Of a stretch of 20,941 bases of DNA, positions 1 to 6,241 are shown in pieces. The stretch comes from Candidatus Altiarchaeota archaeon (GTDB lineage Archaea > Altiarchaeota > Altiarchaeia > IMC4 > SCGC-AAA252-I15), in contig JAZDIN010000053.1 in the NCBI GenBank assembly GCA_043804895.1, forward strand, positions 1 through 20,941, written 5' to 3'. A model generated the notes under the pieces. That model was not told the DNA's origin. It was given only the letters and a program-made list of their open reading frames with translations, and ran no database searches. Positions within the stretch are counted from its first letter, which is position 1, and each line of letters opens with the position of its first letter. A program made the translations under genes and the position numbers.

Positions 1-1242
1 GAGGCATTCGCCTAGGTTGAATGGCATGATGACAATCGCGTCGGATGGTATTTGGGCCTTCATCATGTCCCAGAAGGGTTGGTAGGCCTGCCTGAGGTTC
101 ATGTACGTGTAGGAGTAGGCGTAGGAGCCGCCGATGAAGGAGAGGAGCGCCAACGCCAGGATGTAGTGCGTGTATTTTAACTTCAGTGAATTGTAGCCTA
201 ACGCCAATGCTATGACCATGAAGGGGATGAATGCGACGAACATCCTGGACAGGCCGTTGAGTGCGAATGCCAGGAGGGATATGAGGAAGACGAGGAGTGG
301 GAGGATGAGGCTGCGCTTTTCCTTAACTGAGGCTACCCCTTTCACCATGAGCAGCGTGGATGCTGTTATGAGAATCAGCCAGCCGAGAAGGAAGACTGTG
401 AATAGGGGGTAGATGCTAGTTCCAACGTTGATGTTGTCCATTATGTCGTCTCCGGAGTTTGGGGCTCCAATCCAGAAGTCGAAAAAGACCCCGACCCACC
501 TTCCAGGGTTTGATATGTCCCTCAAGGCCACCGACAACGGGAGAGACTGGACTGAGGGGGAGTTCGGGTAGAATCCGCCGTATAGTTTAGGCCATATTGG
601 GTTGCCGAATACCAGGTAGTTTTTGATATAAGCGGGGGATGCTAAAAGCATTACAGCCACGATGAACAGGAGCGCCTTTTTACGTTCCCTCAGGAATAGG
701 TGGGCTGCGATGGACAGCGGAACGACCATGCCATAGTAGTGTGTCAGAGCGCACAATGCTGAAGTTAGGATAGGATACAAGAGACCCTTCCCAGACTTAA
801 TGTAGTTCAGGTAGAGGTGGTATGATGAGACCGCAAGTAGGAAGATGAGGGAGTCGACATACCCTATGCTGCTGTAGTAGACGTGGAATGGTAGGAAAGA
901 CAATATGAGCGTCGCAGTTTCCGCAATGTCAGGATAATGTCGCCGACATAGGAGGTAGAATGCTACCAAGCCGATGCTGCCGAAGAGGAAGGGCGATAAT
1001 GTTAAGATTCCAGTAAGCTTGTATATTGCTGCTGTGAGGACATGGAAGAGCGGCGGCCACCAGAATGGATCTGGGCCTGTGACGTACTCGAACGTCGGCA
1101 GCTTCAGATTAGTTGAGATGTATTTAGCGATAGAGTAATGGAAGCACGCATCGCCTGTAACCGGCGTAGTGACAAAGAAGAGTAACCTCACTAGCACACC
1201 CGCCAGGAGGATGTATGGCAGCACCCTATTTGAAAGCATCAT
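1..1242 (-). CDS. GT-C fold membrane glycosyltransferase (GT39/PMT/ArnT-like), 3' end runs off the window
   Basis: Not in the ORF track because it has no stop in the window. Hand translation from ATG 1242 (or 1239) is open to base 1: MMLSNRVLPYILLAGVLVRLLFFVTTPVTGDACFHYSIAKYI...FWWPPLFHVLTAAIYKL...FLPFHVYYSSIGYVDSL...KNYLVFGNPIWP. It has many TM helices, an acidic first loop, a PPLF motif and a GNP motif typical of GT-C enzymes. Confidence 0.8.
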   Translation of the reverse strand, partial: MMLSNRVLPYILLAGVLVRLLFFVTTPVTGDACFHYSIAKYISTNLKLPTFEYVTGPDPFWWPPLFHVLTAAIYKLTGILTLSPFLFGSIGLVAFYLLCRRHYPDIAETATLILSFLPFHVYYSSIGYVDSLIFLLAVSSYHLYLNYIKSGKGLLYPILTSALCALTHYYGMVVPLSIAAHLFLRERKKALLFIVAVMLLASPAYIKNYLVFGNPIWPKLYGGFYPNSPSVQSLPLSVALRDISNPGRWVGVFFDFWIGAPNSGDDIMDNINVGTSIYPLFTVFLLGWLILITASTLLMVKGVASVKEKRSLILPLLVFLISLLAFALNGLSRMFVAFIPFMVIALALGYNSLKLKYTHYILALALLSFIGGSYAYSYTYMNLRQAYQPFWDMMKAQIPSDAIVIMPFNLGECL

Positions 1243-1337
1243 TAAACCTTTTGAATGAGACCTTTAATAGGATAACGGATGATGGAGCCTGCGTTCTCAA
1301 GCTCGTTTAGGTTGTCTTTGGCAAAAAAACACCGTAG

Positions 1338-1841
1338 TTAGATTATTAGGCCTGCTAGGGGTTTCATGATGAATTTAGGCGTTACTTTCACAATCAGTCC
1401 GAGTAACATGGAGAGTATGCCCTCGTTTTCTACCTGCACATTGCCGCGGTAGGTGTAGACTCCAGTCTGGCTGCCGCTGTAGTGCACCTTGGCTGTTATG
1501 TCATATTCGCCGGCAGGAATGAAGCCGGGGAGGTCATAAGAGTTCGTGTCTTCAGTCGATTCAAGGGTTTTCGGGAAGTCTACCCGACTTTCCAGGAATG
1601 CTTCTAGTATCCCGGCCATCGCAGATGGGTCTGATGTGAATTCAACGCCGGAGACGACGACATCCTGGGAGTCCACATTCACTTCCACTGATACTTGGAC
1701 CGGTTCTCCGGCTGAGACGACTGCCATCTCCTTTGAGGGGTCGACGCCGTTGACTTGGACGTTAACGCTGAACGGCGCAGCCGATGCGCTGTTCAAAAGC
1801 AATGTAATCATCAAAAACCCTAAGAGTAATCTCACTTCCAT
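1338..1841 (-). CDS. Hypothetical secreted/membrane-anchored protein with a beta-rich domain
   Basis: 167 aa with signal peptide MEVRLLLGFLMITLLLNSASA|A, an acidic beta-strand-rich body and a hydrophobic C-terminal tail. A TATA-like box lies ~23 nt upstream. Confidence 0.75.
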   Translation of the reverse strand: MEVRLLLGFLMITLLLNSASAAPFSVNVQVNGVDPSKEMAVVSAGEPVQVSVEVNVDSQDVVVSGVEFTSDPSAMAGILEAFLESRVDFPKTLESTEDTNSYDLPGFIPAGEYDITAKVHYSGSQTGVYTYRGNVQVENEGILSMLLGLIVKVTPKFIMKPLAGLII

Positions 1842-1863
1842 GGATATTCCATTAAACGAACTG

Positions 1864-1871
1864 ATTTATAA
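1864..1871 (-). promoter_or_regulatory. Putative TATA box (TTATAAAT) for the 1338-1841 gene
   Basis: AT-rich box ~23 nt upstream of ATG 1841, which is the spacing expected for a leaderless archaeal transcript. Confidence 0.5.
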
Positions 1872-1890
1872 GATAGGGATTCATCAGGGC

Positions 1891-3138
1891 TTATCTTGTT
1901 GTTAGGTCTTTAGCGACTTCCGAGACTTTCTCCATCAGCTCCTCCTCGCCCTCGACTTTCCGCCCTTCCATTATCATCTTACCGTCGCAGATGACTGTAT
2001 CCACGCAGCCTCCGTTGGCGCTGTAGACGAGGTTAGATATTAGGTTGTGGCATGGAGTCAACTGCGGACTTTTCATGTCTATCAGGACTATGTCCGCGAG
2101 GGCGCCCTCCTCTAGTCTGCCCGCGTCTATCTTCAGCGACCTTGCGCCATCCAGTGTCGCCATCCTGAACGCCTCCTTCGCAGGCAGCAGTGTCGGGTTG
2201 TTCCACACCATCTTCTGCAAGAGGGCGGCAGTCTTCATTGACTCGAACATGTCCAGGTTGTTGTTCGACGAACACCCGTCGGTGCCGAGCGAGACGGTAA
2301 CTCCAGCCTTCCTGAGGCCTTCGTTGTTGAGTGCCGCACCGACCGATAGTTTCATGTTTGAAGTCGGGCAGTGTGCTACCTTAACCTCATGTTGTGCGAG
2401 TATTCTTATCTCCTCCTCGTTGAGCCAGACTGAGTGCGCGCAAAGTAGATTCGGGCCTAGGAATCCTATGTCGTTTAGGTACTCGACAGGCCGTTTACCG
2501 TGGTCTTTGATGCAATCGTCCACCTCCTTTTTTGTCTCGCTGAGGTGGAAGTGGATTAGTGTACCGTGCCTGTCTGAGTATTCCTTAGCCCACCTGAGGC
2601 TTTCCTCGGTAACGGTGTAGATAGCATGTGGGCCGAGCGCCAGCTTAACCCGCGGGCTGGTCTTTATGTCCTTCAACTGCCTCTCAGCCTCCCTCCACTG
2701 TTCACGTGACTTGTCTTTGCTGAACCTGTCTATGAACACGCTGTTCATGACCCCCCGTATTCCTGATTCTTCAACAGCCTTCACCGCACCCTCAAGGTGC
2801 CAGTACATGTCGTTGAAGCATGTTGTGCCCGATTTTATCATCTCAAGGCATGCGAGCCTAGTACCCCAGTAAACGTCTTCACCAGTCATCTTAGCCTCAA
2901 CAGGCCAGATGAACTTCTCAAGCCACTCCTGTAGTATGACGTCGTCGGCGTAGCCTCGAAGCAACGTCATCGCAGCATGCGTGTGCGTGTTCACGAGGCC
3001 TGGTATCGCAGCCTTCCCGCGGCCGTCTAACACGAACTCTGCCTTGTCCTTGGAGCCGACTCCGGTTATGCGATTGCCGTCAACGTGTATGCTCGTCCGC
3101 CTTCCGTCCAAAAGGACGTCCTTGATGAGGATGCTCAT
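1891..3138 (-). CDS. mtaD: 5'-deoxyadenosine/MTA/SAH deaminase (amidohydrolase superfamily, MtaD/DadD family)
   Basis: Motifs PGLVNTHTH, EWLEKFIWPVE, GPHAIYT, HFHLSET, AHSVWL, HCPTSNMKL and LGTDGCSSNNNLD. Adjacent to a nucleoside phosphorylase. Confidence 0.88.
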   Translation of the reverse strand: MSILIKDVLLDGRRTSIHVDGNRITGVGSKDKAEFVLDGRGKAAIPGLVNTHTHAAMTLLRGYADDVILQEWLEKFIWPVEAKMTGEDVYWGTRLACLEMIKSGTTCFNDMYWHLEGAVKAVEESGIRGVMNSVFIDRFSKDKSREQWREAERQLKDIKTSPRVKLALGPHAIYTVTEESLRWAKEYSDRHGTLIHFHLSETKKEVDDCIKDHGKRPVEYLNDIGFLGPNLLCAHSVWLNEEEIRILAQHEVKVAHCPTSNMKLSVGAALNNEGLRKAGVTVSLGTDGCSSNNNLDMFESMKTAALLQKMVWNNPTLLPAKEAFRMATLDGARSLKIDAGRLEEGALADIVLIDMKSPQLTPCHNLISNLVYSANGGCVDTVICDGKMIMEGRKVEGEEELMEKVSEVAKDLTTR

Positions 3139-3810
3139 CTAAAGGCCTCCGATTATCTGTTCTATGGAAGCCTGCTGTTTCATGGCAGCTGACTTGACTT
3201 CATGGAAGTCCAGCTTTTTTTTGGTGAGTCCGTTGGCATAGTTGTCGACGGAGCAGATTGCAGCGTATTTTAATCCTAGTTCGGATGCGAGGGTGGCCTC
3301 TGACGCTATTGTCATCCCGACTATGTCAGCGTATTTCGTTAGCATCCTCACCTCAGCTTTAGTCTCAAGACGGGGGCCCCTGGTTTGGACGTATATTCCC
3401 TTATCGATGACCTTGATTTTACTTTTACGTGCAGTGGAGAGGATTTGTCTTCTTAGTCCCTCGTCGAATCCGGGGGTGACGTGCCTTATCTCGTTATCGT
3501 AGAACGTCTGCGGATTTGAGTCTATGTAGTCATCAGGCACAACAATCGCTGGCGGCTTAATGCTCAACTTCAGGCTCCCACTTGAGCCGACCCCGATAAC
3601 ACTCTCAGCCAGCTTACTGAGGGCCCATATGTTGGCTCTGTGGTTTATCATGTGAGGTGGGATGTTTCCGCTGCCATGCCGTTGGATGAACGTTATGTCG
3701 TCGCCCTCAACCACAGTCGCCTTCCCGTAGGGGGTGTCAACTTCCCTTCCCACACCTCCCTCAATGAACTGCGTCTTCGAAAGGACTGTCCCGCCTATGA
3801 TTCCAATCAA
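3139..3810 (-). CDS. mtiP: MTAP-family purine nucleoside phosphorylase, probably S-methyl-5'-thioinosine phosphorylase
   Basis: Motifs IGIIGGT, VDTPYG, RHG, PPHMINHRANIWAL, GPRLETKAE, VGMT and DNYA (6-oxopurine-type Asn rather than the MTAP DxD). TTG start preceded by an AGGTG SD-like motif. Its stop abuts the deaminase ATG. Confidence 0.8.
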   Translation of the reverse strand: MIGIIGGTVLSKTQFIEGGVGREVDTPYGKATVVEGDDITFIQRHGSGNIPPHMINHRANIWALSKLAESVIGVGSSGSLKLSIKPPAIVVPDDYIDSNPQTFYDNEIRHVTPGFDEGLRRQILSTARKSKIKVIDKGIYVQTRGPRLETKAEVRMLTKYADIVGMTIASEATLASELGLKYAAICSVDNYANGLTKKKLDFHEVKSAAMKQQASIEQIIGGL

Positions 3811-3834
3811 TTTTACACCTATCGCTTTTATCGA

Positions 3835-3982
3835 GGGTTCAGCAGAATACCTCGCCGTTAGGCGGAGGATGTGGCTGAGAGCTGTCTGCTCTCAGACACA
3901 CGCCAGAGACTACTGTCTCTGCCGTGTGAACGCCCATAATGCTGAACCCGAGAGAATATCGCAGCCTTCAGGCTGCGGTATT
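3835..3982. ncRNA. Candidate structured non-coding element (multi-helix junction plus terminal hairpin), identity unknown
   Basis: 10-bp closing stem 3835-3844/3940-3949 enclosing three hairpins (3850-3868, 3875-3895, 3897-3928), followed by a 12-bp hairpin 3955-3982. The pairing is read directly from the sequence, but the RNA function is inferred. Confidence 0.5.
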
Positions 3983-4016
3983 TATTTATGCCCGCAAATA
4001 GTTAAAAGGTGTTCCA

Positions 4017-4484
4017 TTGGAGAAACTCAATTCCCTTGTTTCGAGGATACGCTGGAAGTCTGTCATAGCAGTCATATTACTCGTAGCGGTGGCATACACC
4101 CTTATCCAGTATTTTCCAGGCGGTTACCAGACGAGCGGGAACATCGGCCTAAAAGTCTCAGCCAAACCTGATTCGATGACTCCAGGCGGATCGACAACCC
4201 TCGAGGTTGAAGTGAAGAACATGAACTCTAAGGAGGAGGTGACGGTCACAATCAGAGGCCGCACCTTCGAGAAGGAGATTATGTTCGCAGACACGCAAAC
4301 CCAGAACTATGCGAGCGACCCGATACAAATTGGCCCACAAGGCGTGAGGAAGCTGAGTTTAAGCGTCAAATCAAGCAGGGCCGCGCTTGAAGGCGAATAC
4401 CCCGTGGAAGTTACAGTCTCGGCCGAGGGAGTCGACAAGCCTCCGGAGAAGATGGTGCTGATAAAGGTCGAACGCCCCAGTTAG
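4017..4484 (+). CDS. Hypothetical membrane-anchored exported protein with an Ig-like beta-sandwich domain
   Basis: TTG start with AGGTG SD-like motif, one N-terminal TM helix (VIAVILLVAVAYTLI), then the beta pattern PGGSTTLEVEVKN...EGEYPVEVTV seen in CARDB/NPCBM-associated-like domains. Confidence 0.7.
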   Translation: MEKLNSLVSRIRWKSVIAVILLVAVAYTLIQYFPGGYQTSGNIGLKVSAKPDSMTPGGSTTLEVEVKNMNSKEEVTVTIRGRTFEKEIMFADTQTQNYASDPIQIGPQGVRKLSLSVKSSRAALEGEYPVEVTVSAEGVDKPPEKMVLIKVERPS

Positions 4485-4512
4485 GCGATTGCACATTTGT
4501 TCGGAGTATTGG

Positions 4513-5520
4513 TCAGTGTAGTAGAGAGAGGAGAACGTAGAGTGTGCCTGAGAATGCCGCCGTTGCTGGTATCGTTAATATCCAGGCCCATAATATTTTC
4601 CTCGCAGTCACCCATCTGACACCTCTTGCGTGTTCTACGGTTCCTACACCCATTATGGAGCCTGCTATGACATGGGTTGTGCTGACTGGTATGCCTGAGT
4701 GAGCTGTGCCTAAAAGGACTGCAGCCGATGAGGTTTCGGCGCAGAAGCCTTCCATCGCACGTATCTTTGTTATGCTGGTACCCATAGTCTTCACAATCCT
4801 CCAGCCGCCGAGCACAGTCCCAAGTGCTATCGCAGCCTGGCAGGACAGCATCACCCACTCGTCTACCCTGAACTCATTGTTTATCCCAGCTGAAAAGAGG
4901 ACTAATGCAATCACGCCCATAGTCTTTTGGGCGTCGTTGGTGCCGTGACCTATGCTGTATAGGGTTGCCGAGACTAGTTGGAGCTTTTTGAAGAGGCCTG
5001 CGACGTTTTCCCTGTGATATCCCATGTTTACGGCTGTGTGTGTGGCCCGGATTACTATGATAGAGAAGATGACTGCTCCGGCCATCCCGAGGAGGGGGGC
5101 TATAATTATGAATGAGGCGACTTTGGCAACGCCGTGGAATACGACTGCTTTGGGGCCGACAGCCGCTAATGCTGAGCCTACCAAACCGCCGATGAGTGCG
5201 TGGCTGCTTGATGTGGGCAGGCCAAGGAACCAGGTGAGTATGTTCCAGACTATTGCCCCCAGTAGGGCTGAGAATATTATTTGCAGAGTCACGTATTCGC
5301 TGACGATGATACCTTTGCCTACGGTCTCGGCTACAGCGACTCCGAATATGAAGTATCCTGCGAAGTTGGCGGCGCCCGCAAGAAACACCGCTTGTAGGGG
5401 AGAGAGTGTCCTTGTCACAACTATCGTCGCGACTGCGTTGGCTGCGTCGTGGAATCCGTTGAGGAAGTCGAACGCCAGGGCGAATGCAACTATCAGGTAG
5501 GCGGATAATAAGACGTCCAT
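4513..5520 (-). CDS. pit: Inorganic phosphate transporter, PiT family
   Basis: PiT signatures NGFHDAANAVAT, PTSSSHALIG, HGTNDAQKTMG and PVSTTH. Confidence 0.93.
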   Translation of the reverse strand: MDVLLSAYLIVAFALAFDFLNGFHDAANAVATIVVTRTLSPLQAVFLAGAANFAGYFIFGVAVAETVGKGIIVSEYVTLQIIFSALLGAIVWNILTWFLGLPTSSSHALIGGLVGSALAAVGPKAVVFHGVAKVASFIIIAPLLGMAGAVIFSIIVIRATHTAVNMGYHRENVAGLFKKLQLVSATLYSIGHGTNDAQKTMGVIALVLFSAGINNEFRVDEWVMLSCQAAIALGTVLGGWRIVKTMGTSITKIRAMEGFCAETSSAAVLLGTAHSGIPVSTTHVIAGSIMGVGTVEHARGVRWVTARKILWAWILTIPATAAFSGTLYVLLSLLH

Positions 5521-5521
5521 T

Positions 5522-6163
5522 CTATCCCTGTTTTATCCTTACTCCACGAACTATCTTGCCGACGTGGTCTACAGAATCCACAGCCTCCTCAAGGTGTTCG
5601 TAGATTTCCTTCAGCTTGATTATCTCCACTGGGTCCTTACACTTGAATAGTTCGGCTAGGCTGATGTGGAATAGATGGTCCGCTTCATTTTCAAGCCTGT
5701 GAATCTTCTTAAGCAGTATCTTGGTGTCTTTCTTGTCCTTTAGGCTGGATATGAGCCTCTTCTGCTCCACTGAGATGTCAACAAGTATCTCTGCGAACTT
5801 CACTATGTTCTCGGGGACTTTCTTTACCCCGTATATCTCTATCTTCTGGGCTGTGTCATTTAGGATGTCCACGGATTTATCGACTTCGACTACTATCGAG
5901 TGTATGTCCTCCCGGTCTAGCGGCGTTATGAACGTGGTGTCAAGCTTGTCTATGATATACCTCTCCTCCGCGTCGCCTTTCAACTCTAACTCCTTTATCA
6001 TGGAGACTCGCCTGCGAAGCTGGTCAGAACTTAGAGTGCTCAAATCGGATACCATGCCCTTGAATTCCACGCACGCCTGGCAGAAGACCTCGGCCAGCCT
6101 CTCCATGGCGTCGAAGAACGCTATCTCCCTCGGAAGCAGCAAATCCAGCAATGATGAACCCAT
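5522..6163 (-). CDS. DUF47 (PhoU-like) phosphate transport regulator
   Basis: Motifs ELELKGD, TFITPLDREDI, LENEAD and EIYEHLEEAVD. Lies 1 nt upstream of pit. Start reassigned to ATG 6163 (MGSSLLDLLLPRE), preceded by GGTGG. Confidence 0.88.
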   Translation of the reverse strand: MGSSLLDLLLPREIAFFDAMERLAEVFCQACVEFKGMVSDLSTLSSDQLRRRVSMIKELELKGDAEERYIIDKLDTTFITPLDREDIHSIVVEVDKSVDILNDTAQKIEIYGVKKVPENIVKFAEILVDISVEQKRLISSLKDKKDTKILLKKIHRLENEADHLFHISLAELFKCKDPVEIIKLKEIYEHLEEAVDSVDHVGKIVRGVRIKQG

Positions 6164-6241
6164 TAAACCACCAGAGTACAAGATACTGGTTACAGTGTAA
6201 ATAAATATGAAAAACCTTGAGGGCAAATTCCTGGTTAGGCA

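Noticed and set aside
3835-3949. tRNA, 5S rRNA, SRP RNA, RNase P RNA, SECIS or hammerhead identity for the structured element
   Set aside because: I find no T-loop GTTCRA with tRNA arm geometry, no SRP helix-8 motif, no RNase P GAGGAA..CC core and no CUGANGA/GAAA hammerhead core. No in-frame TGA selenoprotein candidate lies nearby.
3734-4171. 145-aa + strand ORF (and 3640..3861) crossing the structured intergenic region
   Set aside because: It overlaps mtiP antisense and the 4017 gene out of frame, and has no protein-like features. The base-paired structure explains the region better.
6164-6226. N-terminal extension of the DUF47 ORF; likewise 17605-17643 (CodA-like), 14277-14285 (pyrF) and 18650-18655 (rnp2)
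   Set aside because: These extensions run through promoter-like AT boxes or the upstream gene. Downstream ATGs with SD, TATA or stop-start coupling fit better.
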